From an uncultured Gammaproteobacteria bacterium (GTDB lineage Bacteria > Patescibacteriota > Microgenomatia > Levybacterales > GWA1-39-11), in assembly GCA_964537315.1 (NCBI GenBank), contig CAZIAP010000003.1, positions 75,919-139,918 on the forward strand: a DNA stretch of 64,000 nucleotides, read 5' to 3'. The number at the start of each line of letters is the position of its first letter. Positions within the stretch are counted from its first letter, which is position 1. A program made the position numbers and the translations under genes. This document shows positions 55,037 through 64,000 of this stretch, in pieces. Under the pieces are notes generated by a model that searched no databases, was not told where the DNA came from, and worked only from the letters and a program-made list of their open reading frames with translations.

Positions 55037-56836
55037 ATGCGTAAAAAAGTACGAATAGGTCCTGCATTTTCAGACTCAATCTCAACAGGTAAAGTACAGA
55101 GAAGAAAGGAGTCAAAAAGTATTTTGAGTCCTGAAGTCCTTTCATTACTTCCTCTTATATGTCTTGTACTAGTTTCAGGATTTTTTTTAGTACGACTCTT
55201 TTATCTGCAAGTCATACGAAGTGATTACTACCGAGCTTTGTCTGATGAAAATAGACTCAGAACATTAATAATTCCTGCGCCTCGCGGTATTTTGTTTGAT
55301 CGTAATGGGGAACCGCTTGTAAATAACACACCTGCGTTCAAGGTGCTTGATAATGAACAAAAAGTGCAGTTTCTTGGTCAAGAAGATGCCTTAGAGCGTA
55401 TTGCCAAGGGAGAAGAAATTATCAGTGATATTCAGAGAAAATATATTCATGGTGATGTTTTCGCACATGCATTGGGATATATCGGACAGATTTCAGAAGA
55501 TGAGATTGCACAGCACAAGTTTCAAGGATATGCATTAACTGATTTTGTCGGTAAGTTTGGGCTTGAGGCGCAATATGAGTCGGTTCTTCATGGGAAAAAT
55601 GGAAGAGAGCTTTATGAAGTTGATGCTGTGGGTGAGAAAGTGAGATTTTTGGGAAAAGATGCGCCTGTTGCAGGAAAAAATATACATACTACTTTGGATA
55701 TTGAATTGCAAAAGGCGGTACACGAAGCAATGAAGGAAGCATCTAAAGGTGCAGTTGTAGTATCAGACCCTCGTGATGGAGGAATACTGGCAATATATTC
55801 AAAGCCAAGTTTTGATCCCAACTTATTTACACATAACAAGGAGTATGAACCTGTTGGCGATTACAAAAGTGTAGAAGAAATACTTACTGATGGAGAGAAT
55901 CAGCCACTATTGAACCGTGCAATTGGGGGTGTGTATCCGCCTGGATCAACATATAAGTTGGTTAGTGCGATTGCAGCTCTTGAAACAGGAGCAATGAAGA
56001 GAGATACCATTGTCGAAGACACAGGTATTTTAAGAGTAGGTGCGTTTTCATTTGGAAATTGGTATTACTTGCAGCATGGAAGAAAAGATGGTGATGTAGA
56101 TGTAGTAAAGGCAATAGAGCGGTCAAATGATATTTATTTTTATAAAGCAGCAGAAGCAACGGGTATAAAAAGTCTTGCCGACTGGTCAAAAAAGTTTGGA
56201 CTTGGACAAAAACTATCTATTGATTTATCAGGAGAGCAAGCGGGAACAGTACCTGACGAGGCATGGAAACAAAAAGTAATTGGAGAACCGTGGTATCTGG
56301 GCGACAACTATAATACAGGAATCGGACAGGGATACTTACTAGCTACACCACTGCAGGTTAATATGTTTACAGTGCCTTTTGCCAACGGAGGGACGCTTTA
56401 TCAGCCTCATTTAGTAAAAGATCAAAAAAAAGAGATCAGGTCTGACTTTATGAAACAGGATCATATTGACGCAATTAGAGAGGGTATGCGGCGCAGCTGT
56501 CATCCTGATGGCGGAGTAGCTTTCCCATTTTTTGACTTTAAGGTAACCAACGAGATGCTGTCAATCGATGGTAGGAACTTTACTGAGGTGGCTGCAACCT
56601 CGCTGAGCGGGGCAAGCCAAAGCGCACAGATGACTAAAGTGACTGTAGGGTGTAAAACAGGTACATCCGAGTCAGGAGGAGGAAGGTTACCACATGCGTG
56701 GATTACCGTGATTGCACCATACTATGATCCTGAAGTAGTAGTAACAGTACTTGTCGAAACAGCGGGCGAAGGATCGGCAGTAGCAGCTCCTATCGCCAAA
56801 GAAATTTTAGAGGCGTATTTTGAGGGGAAGGATTAG
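55037..56836 (+). CDS. mrdA: penicillin-binding protein 2 (class B transpeptidase)
   Basis: STYK (SxxK), SND (SxN) and KTGTS (KTG) motifs, N-terminal TM and dimerisation domain. Start at the ATG at 55037 just after the mreD stop. Confidence 0.9.
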   Translation: MRKKVRIGPAFSDSISTGKVQRRKESKSILSPEVLSLLPLICLVLVSGFFLVRLFYLQVIRSDYYRALSDENRLRTLIIPAPRGILFDRNGEPLVNNTPAFKVLDNEQKVQFLGQEDALERIAKGEEIISDIQRKYIHGDVFAHALGYIGQISEDEIAQHKFQGYALTDFVGKFGLEAQYESVLHGKNGRELYEVDAVGEKVRFLGKDAPVAGKNIHTTLDIELQKAVHEAMKEASKGAVVVSDPRDGGILAIYSKPSFDPNLFTHNKEYEPVGDYKSVEEILTDGENQPLLNRAIGGVYPPGSTYKLVSAIAALETGAMKRDTIVEDTGILRVGAFSFGNWYYLQHGRKDGDVDVVKAIERSNDIYFYKAAEATGIKSLADWSKKFGLGQKLSIDLSGEQAGTVPDEAWKQKVIGEPWYLGDNYNTGIGQGYLLATPLQVNMFTVPFANGGTLYQPHLVKDQKKEIRSDFMKQDHIDAIREGMRRSCHPDGGVAFPFFDFKVTNEMLSIDGRNFTEVAATSLSGASQSAQMTKVTVGCKTGTSESGGGRLPHAWITVIAPYYDPEVVVTVLVETAGEGSAVAAPIAKEILEAYFEGKD

Positions 56837-58005
56837 TTTGTAAATGAAAATTCTGAGGTTGTAAGCGTAGAGACTATAGCATTAACTTTAGCATAATATA
56901 TACTTGCATTGTTACCAACGCTAATATTATATATATCTTGAGTATCTAGAATAAAAACTTCTAAAGAATCTCCTGATTGACTTCCACCATGTGTAACTGT
57001 ATAAATCGACTTACCATTTTTTTCTACCCGTTGAACATTGGGACCAAGGCCTTCATACAGTTTATATAGTGATGTTTCAGTAAAAATATTTAGTGGGATA
57101 TTCACAAATTTGGAGATTGACAAAGTTTCAGCAAAGTAAGGATCTACTTTGTAACCAACAGGATCGATAGTTTGTAAATGACCTAACTGAACCATGTATT
57201 CAGGATTAGCTTGAATAGGAAAAGGTGATTTTTTAATTACAGGATTTTTAGCTTCTTGAACAATCCAGTCTGGATCGTATTTAAAACTTATTTCGTATTC
57301 CTGGTTTGAGTATGATTTCCAGTTTGATACATCTATTTGTTGTTTTTCGAACGAAATTACTGGAGGGTTAAATAAATTAAAACTTAATAGTATTTTATTA
57401 AAAATTTCATCAGTAATATTGCCGCTTCCGGTTGGAGTAACATCAGCATGCCATACATGTAAATATGTTCCATAAAGTATTCTGGTAAATATATCTTTAG
57501 TGTTTTTTTCCCTAGAAGTAACACTTGTTTTCAGAGCTGTATATCCTCCTAATTCTGTATATGTAAACTCATGATCTTGGGATACTTGTAAATGGTGTAT
57601 GCCATAATCTTGAAGTGTCATATCTTCATCTGAATGTGTTTCAATAACTATGTAATCACCATCAGGTACTTGTTTTCGCAAGATTATTAAGTTTGTTTTT
57701 TCTTCTAATGAAAAATCAGATGGGTATTTAAACTCAAAACCAAATTCTTTATTCCTATACGTTTTCCAGTCTGCAGTAGGATCACCTACTGTAGTTGTTG
57801 TTTTCGACATTGCAGGTGTGGAAGAGGAGACTTTTCTCTCTTTGCCTAAATAAATAGCTACTGATGATACTAACGCGATGGTAAGTAGAGCAATGAACAA
57901 AACAAACGCAAGTTTAGGGATGTTATGGTGAGGTTCTGAAGTTTGAGTGGGCGCATTGAAGCTATCTAAATCTGTCGATGGTTTTATTTGATTATAATCT
58001 TCCAT
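56833..58005 (-). CDS. N-terminally anchored extracellular protein with internal tandem duplication
   Basis: Signal-anchor HHNIPKLAFVLFIALLTIAL. Two related modules begin DWKTYRNKEFGFEFKYP and NWKSYSNQEYEISFKYD. Confidence 0.6.
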   Translation of the reverse strand: MEDYNQIKPSTDLDSFNAPTQTSEPHHNIPKLAFVLFIALLTIALVSSVAIYLGKERKVSSSTPAMSKTTTTVGDPTADWKTYRNKEFGFEFKYPSDFSLEEKTNLIILRKQVPDGDYIVIETHSDEDMTLQDYGIHHLQVSQDHEFTYTELGGYTALKTSVTSREKNTKDIFTRILYGTYLHVWHADVTPTGSGNITDEIFNKILLSFNLFNPPVISFEKQQIDVSNWKSYSNQEYEISFKYDPDWIVQEAKNPVIKKSPFPIQANPEYMVQLGHLQTIDPVGYKVDPYFAETLSISKFVNIPLNIFTETSLYKLYEGLGPNVQRVEKNGKSIYTVTHGGSQSGDSLEVFILDTQDIYNISVGNNASIYYAKVNAIVSTLTTSEFSFTN

Positions 58006-58013
58006 AAAATCAA

Positions 58014-59792
58014 TTATTCACACTTGGTACTTCCTTCTGAGTTTTCACATTTCATGAGTATTTCTTTCTCTTTGTCTTTAACGATCTTCTGAATTTCAAA
58101 CTCAGAATATCCCCCATCACCCATTCCGCAATAAAAATAATACTCATCATTTCTAGATACTTGCATAACACTACATCCGGAGTAAATTTGTATTCCACCG
58201 TGGTTGATTGGGCCTATATGATAAGGGTCTGATTCAGTATCAGTAAATAGGAATAAATGAAGAACATAATGTTCTGATTCAAAATATGATCTCGTAACTA
58301 TTGCCCTACCGTCCTCAAGTTTACATGCTAGCGAATCTGGAGAAAACTGCTTATCTCTTTGTTCATGTAAATTGAGTCCAGAAGTATATTCAATCATAGC
58401 TATAATTTCATTGTCGGTAAATGAATGATTTCTATATGCACTTCCGTCTGAATACGTGGATGTGTACGAATATTCTGGAGGTTGAGTATCAGAAATTTTA
58501 ATATTCTGGCATGTTAATCCTACTAGACTAGAATTAAACTCATCAGTAAGTTCATGGGGAATATTTATGAATTCTTTATAGTCTGAAAGATCAAATAATC
58601 TTTTTTCAGGTTGTTGTGGGAAAGGAGAAGTATTTACAATTTCATAAGCAGATTTTGGTAATAGAGAATTTATTTTTACTTCCTCCTTTGTATCCACATT
58701 TAGAATAAAGAATTCATGAAATTGCTCATCCCTGGTATCTTTAATCATTACAATGTTTTTGGAATCGACCCACCATTTAGATCTATTAGTGGTAGATATT
58801 TGGGAAGTAGTTTTTGAGTTAGTGTCATAGATTGAAAGACCATTGAGCTCTAATGAAATATAATTACCATCAGGAGATATACGTGGCCAAGAGTTATCTC
58901 CCCAGTTTTTACTACTATATATTATTTCACTTTCACCAGTAGGAAAATCTGAATATCTAACATGAGAATATTCAAACCCTCCACTATTTCCAGTTTCTCC
59001 TGCGGCATACACCCATTTATTTCCGTCTATAGATATATCTAATTGATACCCAAATCCTAAACTATGTACGTCACTTAAAGGATCAAAATGCAAAGTGTTT
59101 TCTGAAACATTTTGGATATCAAAGAGATAATAGTTATTTTCTCTCTCATAAAAAATGCCTGTGGGGGTAAACTCGATAATCCTATTAATATCGGGCAGTT
59201 CCTGTGTTTTTCCACTTGTGATATCAAATGCGAAGTATTTGACTTTAGGAAAAAGGTAATCTTGATTATCAGGACCAAGGGGTAGTTCAACCGAATAAAT
59301 TAAGTATTTACTATTCTTTGACCACCCATTGATTTTATAGACTTTTTCGTTGGTGTCTATCCGTTTGGTTTTATTGCTCTCATGAGAAATTAAAAAAATT
59401 TCTTGTGACTTCTCATCAATAACCGCACTATAATACATATCAAAAGATGGAATTACACTATCTAGTCGAGAGGCTCGAACTTCTTGAATTTCAGATTGAT
59501 TCATCTTTTTTTTAGTATAATTATATATGTAGATTTTCCCATTCTTGTTGTTTACGAGTGGTATGCCTATGTTCGTAGAAGAGAAGTCATCCCAGATAGT
59601 TTTTTGGGGTAGGGTTATCGCTTTCTTTTCTGACAATTGAAAGTAGGCAAATATTATAGAAGCCAAAAGAAGAAGTAGAATGAATAAAATAAATACAAAT
59701 TTAGGGATGTTATTGTGAGATTTTGGGATTTGAGGAGATGGATTAGGGACAGGATTCGGAGAAGATATTGGTGATTGTTGATCTTCTTCCAT
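58014..59792 (-). CDS. N-terminally anchored extracellular protein with TolB/PD40-like beta-propeller repeats
   Basis: Signal-anchor HNNIPKFVFILFILLLLLASIIF, paralogous to the downstream gene. Repeated WPRISPDGNYISLE-type blades. Confidence 0.6.
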   Translation of the reverse strand: MEEDQQSPISSPNPVPNPSPQIPKSHNNIPKFVFILFILLLLLASIIFAYFQLSEKKAITLPQKTIWDDFSSTNIGIPLVNNKNGKIYIYNYTKKKMNQSEIQEVRASRLDSVIPSFDMYYSAVIDEKSQEIFLISHESNKTKRIDTNEKVYKINGWSKNSKYLIYSVELPLGPDNQDYLFPKVKYFAFDITSGKTQELPDINRIIEFTPTGIFYERENNYYLFDIQNVSENTLHFDPLSDVHSLGFGYQLDISIDGNKWVYAAGETGNSGGFEYSHVRYSDFPTGESEIIYSSKNWGDNSWPRISPDGNYISLELNGLSIYDTNSKTTSQISTTNRSKWWVDSKNIVMIKDTRDEQFHEFFILNVDTKEEVKINSLLPKSAYEIVNTSPFPQQPEKRLFDLSDYKEFINIPHELTDEFNSSLVGLTCQNIKISDTQPPEYSYTSTYSDGSAYRNHSFTDNEIIAMIEYTSGLNLHEQRDKQFSPDSLACKLEDGRAIVTRSYFESEHYVLHLFLFTDTESDPYHIGPINHGGIQIYSGCSVMQVSRNDEYYFYCGMGDGGYSEFEIQKIVKDKEKEILMKCENSEGSTKCE

Positions 59793-59830
59793 ATATTAAT
59801 CTAATCAGATAGATTATCTTTGGTCAATTA

Positions 59831-60250
59831 CTATTCCCCTGGACACGCGGCGAACTCACAATTGGGTCCTTCTCGTCCGACAGATGTGCCGTCAGGACAT
59901 ATTTTCGCATCCATAGTACATACTACTTGCTCTTCATCAGTTGCTTCGTGGGGAGGAAACACTTGCTCTTCAGGAGGAGCTACTTCATCGTTTATGTTTT
60001 CTGTTTGACCAGGCGTAAGCGGAACATTGTTGCTTGAGTTGTCAACAGATAGGTATGCGAAAGAAGCTACAGATAGGAGTATAAGAATGCCGAAAATTAT
60101 TAAAGCTACCTTCAGTATACTGCTTTTTCTTTTAACACCTGAATGTTCAGTTAATAGCTTTTCTTCTTCTGGGGGTTGGATTAATTTTTCTTCAGGAGGA
60201 GCTTCAAGCAGTTTCTCTTCTTCGTTTAGGTCTTGGTTATTTTTATCCAT
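59831..60250 (-). CDS. N-terminally anchored small extracellular protein with Pro/Glu repeats and Cys-rich C-terminus
   Basis: TM ILKVALIIFGILILLSVASFAYL. PPEEKL repeats. Tail CTMDAKICPDGTSVGREGPNCEFAACPGE. Confidence 0.5.
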   Translation of the reverse strand: MDKNNQDLNEEEKLLEAPPEEKLIQPPEEEKLLTEHSGVKRKSSILKVALIIFGILILLSVASFAYLSVDNSSNNVPLTPGQTENINDEVAPPEEQVFPPHEATDEEQVVCTMDAKICPDGTSVGREGPNCEFAACPGE

Positions 60251-60326
60251 ACATATATAAAATCAAAGTATCAAAGGAAAGTCAATTTATATTATATCTT
60301 AGCTTATAAAGTGATAATCTATAAAT

Positions 60327-61421
60327 ATGTCCGAGTCTGAATACTATCTCAGATTTTCATACGCTCCAGGAATCGGCCCTAAACGTTTTCTATTACTTTT
60401 AAGTTATTTTAAGACCGCTGAAAAAGCTTGGAAAGGGACTGCGACCGAGTATAAAAGTATTGGCATAACAGGTAAAACTTATGAAGCATTTGATATATTC
60501 CGTCAACACTTTGATTACTCGAAAATTCAAAGTGCATTGAAAGTGAAAGGCATAAAATATATTTCCCAACATGATGAAATATACCCTAAAAGTCTTTTAA
60601 AGCTTTCGAATCCTCCTATTGGACTTTTTGCTAAAGGAGAGATAACTTTACTGAAAGAAGAGCTTATTGTTGCAGTTGTAGGTAGTAGAAAAATGACCTC
60701 ATATGGAAACCAAGTTTCACAATTATTTGTGGAAGAGCTGGTAAGAGCTGGAGCAGTAATTATTTCAGGGTTAGCAATGGGAATTGATGCGGCAGCGCAT
60801 AGTGCTGCACTTGAGAGCAATGGAAAGACGATTGCTGTACTAGGAAACGGAGTAAACGTGCCATACCCACAAGAGAACTTTTCGCTTTATGAAAAAATAT
60901 TAAGCTCAAATAACCTTATAATTTCCGAGTACCCTCCAGATATATCACCTACAAAAGGAAGTTTCCCGGCTCGCAACCGAATTATTGCGGCTTTGAGCCG
61001 TGCAGTTCTGATTCCTGAGGCTGTAAAAGACAGTGGATCATTAATCACTGCAACCAATGCAATTGAGCTGGGTATACCTATATTTGCAGTTCCCGGCCAG
61101 ATCACATCTCAGCAATCACAAGGAACATCGTACTTGATTCAGAATGGTGCAAAGTTAGTTATTGAACCCGAAGATATATTGAAGAGTTTTGATTTGTCTG
61201 GAAAGTCTACATCTAGAAGAAAATTGTTATTAGAGAAGCTGAGTATTTCACAAGATGCAAAGAAGGTGCTGGAATTATTACTTCAAGAACCGATGAGCGT
61301 GGATACATTGAGTAAAAAAAACATGATGGAAGTTACTGAGGTATCAAGGATTATAACGTTGCTTGAATTGCAAGGATATGTAAAGGATAGTGGTAATGGA
61401 AAATTCGTCGCAGATATATAG
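60327..61421 (+). CDS. dprA: DNA-processing protein DprA (Smf)
   Basis: Rossmann-like core VAVVGSRKMTSYG...ISGLAMGIDAAAH...AVLGNGV and a C-terminal winged-helix-like tail. Confidence 0.85.
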   Translation: MSESEYYLRFSYAPGIGPKRFLLLLSYFKTAEKAWKGTATEYKSIGITGKTYEAFDIFRQHFDYSKIQSALKVKGIKYISQHDEIYPKSLLKLSNPPIGLFAKGEITLLKEELIVAVVGSRKMTSYGNQVSQLFVEELVRAGAVIISGLAMGIDAAAHSAALESNGKTIAVLGNGVNVPYPQENFSLYEKILSSNNLIISEYPPDISPTKGSFPARNRIIAALSRAVLIPEAVKDSGSLITATNAIELGIPIFAVPGQITSQQSQGTSYLIQNGAKLVIEPEDILKSFDLSGKSTSRRKLLLEKLSISQDAKKVLELLLQEPMSVDTLSKKNMMEVTEVSRIITLLELQGYVKDSGNGKFVADI

Positions 61422-61572
61422 TAATATTAAAAAATTTACATAATCTCATAGTATAGAAAAGGCTACGCTAAATTGCTATAATTGACTTGTGCAAGGATGA
61501 AAACCTGATTTACTCAGGTATGTTTTGTCTTTTAGCGCACTTGAAAATTGACTGAATCTCAAGGAGGTTGCC

Positions 61573-61737
61573 ATGTTGGTAGTTATTATTTTTATGGCAG
61601 TGGCAATGTTTTTTGTACCTGTCCTTGTAGTGGCGTATCTTTTTGATCAAGGAAAGGGAGGAATTGCTTTTAGCGTTGCATTCGCGACACTTTTTCTAAA
61701 TATTCCACTTTGGGTTCTGATTGGACAACTTCAATAG
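61573..61737 (+). CDS. small membrane protein (54 aa, below the track ORF cutoff)
   Basis: AAGGAGG RBS 6 nt upstream of ATG. Two hydrophobic segments. Confidence 0.35.
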   Translation: MLVVIIFMAVAMFFVPVLVVAYLFDQGKGGIAFSVAFATLFLNIPLWVLIGQLQ

Positions 61738-61750
61738 CGAGGAGACTTAA

Positions 61751-61969
61751 ATGATTTGGTTATGGACTATTAGTGGCGCGTTGTTGTGTGGTCTATGCAT
61801 ATTCCTCAATGGAAGGATTAATACACATGCGTATAAGAACCCTGACCTTGATCACGTTCAAATACTTCGAACAAAGTATTCGCATCAGCGCCTATGCGCA
61901 GTATCTATGATAGGGTTTATGGTGTTCGCACTTGCAACTGTAACCCTCTTTTACTTTTTGATTAGCTAG
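61751..61969 (+). CDS. small membrane protein (72 aa)
   Basis: ORF starting 13 nt after the previous small ORF. Two hydrophobic segments. Confidence 0.35.
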   Translation: MIWLWTISGALLCGLCIFLNGRINTHAYKNPDLDHVQILRTKYSHQRLCAVSMIGFMVFALATVTLFYFLIS

Positions 61970-62053
61970 GTAACATGAATTATCTCAGAGACAGTAAAAT
62001 ATATCTTGTCAGTCAATAACTTGCTCCCTGTCTATACCTGATAGGGAGCATAA

Positions 62054-62773
62054 CTACACTGTCCCAATATGATCTGCACGAGGATTTGCTGGATCATATA
62101 GATTTACCTCAAATATAGGTAAATCTTTAGCAATTATTTGTAATGTTATACTTAACTGCATAGTGGCAATTCTTTGAAAGTCTTCGTACACAACGTTGTC
62201 CATATTTAACTCTTCAATCAGCTGTTTCATAAATAAATCATCACGTTTTTTATCGTATATAAAGTACATTTGACTATCATCTTTGGAGTTTAGTGTGTGT
62301 TCCTTATCATTTATTATTAGGAAGCCTGCTTCATCATGTGGTCCGTCTAAAGTTTCCACTTCAGTAGGGTTATCCGGATTATTTCTCAATTGCTTAACCG
62401 CTTCTTGTACATCTTGAGGACTAACTCCGTATCTTGAAGCATTTTCTTCGATTGCTGAATTCAGAACGTGACTACAACCTATTGAGAATGCGGCATTTGG
62501 ATCTTCGTTTTTGTCGGTATGCAAGTAAAAATTTCCACCTATCTTAATAATAGCCTTGTATATCGAGTCAACGCATTCTTGAACTGACATACCTAACTTC
62601 TGTTCATAGTTATATCCAAGCATAGCTATAACGTAACCTAAATCTGCGCCTGGACGGGCAATCATGCCACTAGAAGTCTCTTTGTTGTTATATCTTCCTG
62701 AAATACATCTTCTACCTGGTTTTGCGGGAATGAGGTTATCCTGAATGAAAGTATTAACAGCGGAGAAATCCAT
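62054..62773 (-). CDS. hypothetical protein (239 aa)
   Basis: ORF 26 nt downstream of the preceding minus-strand gene. No recognised motif. Confidence 0.55.
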   Translation of the reverse strand: MDFSAVNTFIQDNLIPAKPGRRCISGRYNNKETSSGMIARPGADLGYVIAMLGYNYEQKLGMSVQECVDSIYKAIIKIGGNFYLHTDKNEDPNAAFSIGCSHVLNSAIEENASRYGVSPQDVQEAVKQLRNNPDNPTEVETLDGPHDEAGFLIINDKEHTLNSKDDSQMYFIYDKKRDDLFMKQLIEELNMDNVVYEDFQRIATMQLSITLQIIAKDLPIFEVNLYDPANPRADHIGTV

Positions 62774-62799
62774 GTATATTATTATGAGAATATACCAGA

Positions 62800-64000
62800 T
62801 TAAATTGCAAGTTCTTTTGCTACATCACGGATCTCTCTTGTCTTACTATCGATCAAAACAGGGACTGGTACGAGTTTTCCTGTTTTGATCCAATTCATAA
62901 TATCTGGATCACTTTTTATTTCTCTGAATAGCACTCGTAATTGTCCACGCGCACGTTCTAAGATCTCAGGAGTAGCACCGTTTGAAATTGAGTTTGATAG
63001 GAAGATGATATATGGAGGCTCAGTTGCCTTAATCGATTCCATAAGTCCAGTTTGGATTTTAATATGATCTATTGCTTCTGGATAAGAGGAAACCATCGCT
63101 CCGAATACTTGGACTTCAGGATCAAATTCTCCTACGATTGCACCATCCATAGAAATTGATTGATATCCCTCTCCGTGATGAACAAAAGGGTGTGTGTGTT
63201 CGTGTGATTCTTGGCGTTCATAAACTCCCGAGGTTCGTTGGAAGGCGATATTTCGGGATAGGGTATAAAAAAGTGCATTTTTTTGTTCTTCTGTATAGTC
63301 TTGGAGATAAGTATTGCTGTATCTTTCAAAAGAATTTTTAAATGATTCATTATTCATTAGATACTCAGTCGTGCTCATTACTTTTGTTTCAAGTTCTATG
63401 ATTTTATCTACATTTGTAAACTCATCTTTCATTGATCCAGCCTCACCTGCGATCTCAGTGAGTTCAGAGTTGATGGTTTGGTCATCTACAATATTTCGGG
63501 TAATATCAGTTGTAAATAATTCATTATCTGTGCCATATCCTAGAAGAATCCCCATAGTATCTGTATCATAGACAGCACTCATCGCTACTTTCTTCAATGG
63601 TGTAACTTTATTTGCTTCAGCTGCCCGGTTGTAAAGATCTGTAAATGCTGTTGCACTTTTGTCATGTATTTCAAGGTTTGCTGCTATTAAATCACGGTTT
63701 GTAACCTCACCGTCTAAATACATTTTCTTCATTTTTCCACATCCATGATCAGGTAACTCTTTGAAATTGTCTTCGGAAAGACGTCTGTGCTCAGAAAGAC
63801 TGGTGTGTGAAACAAGTATTTGGAGCATTTGAGGATTTTCTTTTTCAGTTCTTTCGATTATGGCTTCAGTAAGACGAGAACTTTCTAGTTCCAGTGTACC
63901 ATCAAGAGGCGACTCCCTTAGTTCGATGATTCCAGCTGCTGTCTCCCAGGTATTACCTGTTAGACCTAATAGATGAATGTCAGGAATTCGTCCATCAATG
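62800..64000 (-). CDS. hypothetical protein, 5'-partial (at least 400 aa; N-terminus lies beyond the window edge)
   Basis: The reading frame upstream of the track start (63828) stays open to base 64000 (…IDGRIPDIHLLGLTGNTWETAAGIIELRES…QMLQILVSH…). Contains DHG and HEHTHPFVHHGEG His-rich stretches. Confidence 0.6.
   Translation of the reverse strand, partial: IDGRIPDIHLLGLTGNTWETAAGIIELRESPLDGTLELESSRLTEAIIERTEKENPQMLQILVSHTSLSEHRRLSEDNFKELPDHGCGKMKKMYLDGEVTNRDLIAANLEIHDKSATAFTDLYNRAAEANKVTPLKKVAMSAVYDTDTMGILLGYGTDNELFTTDITRNIVDDQTINSELTEIAGEAGSMKDEFTNVDKIIELETKVMSTTEYLMNNESFKNSFERYSNTYLQDYTEEQKNALFYTLSRNIAFQRTSGVYERQESHEHTHPFVHHGEGYQSISMDGAIVGEFDPEVQVFGAMVSSYPEAIDHIKIQTGLMESIKATEPPYIIFLSNSISNGATPEILERARGQLRVLFREIKSDPDIMNWIKTGKLVPVPVLIDSKTREIRDVAKELAI

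Noticed and set aside
1-64000. Search for integrase, transposase, phage structural genes, restriction-modification, CRISPR-cas and toxin-antitoxin signatures
   Set aside because: No ORF showed recognisable motifs of these classes. Examples checked for were the integrase R..HxxR..Y pattern, the DDE triad context, Cas hallmark motifs and methyltransferase DPPY/FxGxG. The tRNA-flanked ABC-F gene and the excisionase-like HTH are the only mobile-element-like hints.

Overview
The window reads as a gene-dense, low-GC bacterial chromosome segment that uses the standard genetic code (TGA, TAA and TAG all terminate ORFs). Most of it is housekeeping genes plus a cell-envelope and secreted-protein repertoire. 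By inference the gene content resembles a small-genome Patescibacteria (CPR)-like or Gram-positive-like organism.

Recognisable genes include:
- DNA uptake and processing: comEA, comEC split into two ORFs, a secreted thermonuclease with an Excalibur-like Ca-binding tail, and dprA.
- Cell shape and wall: mreB, the mreC-mreD-mrdA cluster, uppP, a PAP2 phosphatase, a TagA-family glycosyltransferase, a polysaccharide deacetylase, an acyltransferase-3 and a GH18-like hydrolase.
- Information processing: the secE-nusG-rplK-rplA cluster, rpmG, era, dtd, truB, argS and rnhB.
- Nucleotide metabolism: a PurF-like amidotransferase, ndk and a CBS-less IMPDH/GMP-reductase.
- Other: galU, a receiver-only response regulator with a sensor histidine kinase, an ABC-F ATPase and an M16 peptidase.
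- Eight tRNA or tRNA-like genes: Thr-CGT, Thr-TGT, Tyr-GTA, Thr-GGT, Trp-CCA, Arg-CCT and a degenerate Arg-CCT-like copy.

I found no rRNA, CRISPR array, transposase or integrase.

The strongest candidate for something novel is an envelope-protein module at 48.0-53.3 kb. It contains DsbA, DsbB, a Tat-signal protein, a sortase and a membrane protein. It is followed by a 482-aa secreted protein whose C-terminal roughly 300 aa is a Tyr/Asp/Lys/His/Arg-rich tandem repeat.

Other features worth a second look:
- A 16-bp perfect palindrome, TCCGCCAGCTGGCGGA, occurs three times in intergenic DNA.
- Two tRNA-Arg(CCT)-type genes flank the ABC-F gene.
- A structured ORF-free region (15.59-15.81 kb) is a candidate ncRNA.
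- Two 13-bp long-range inverted repeats each enclose about 90 nt.
- Three paralogous N-terminally anchored extracellular proteins lie next to dprA.
- An uncharacterised operon at 62.0-64.0 kb runs off the 3' edge of the window.

All functional calls rest on motifs I recognised in the translated ORFs. No database search was possible.
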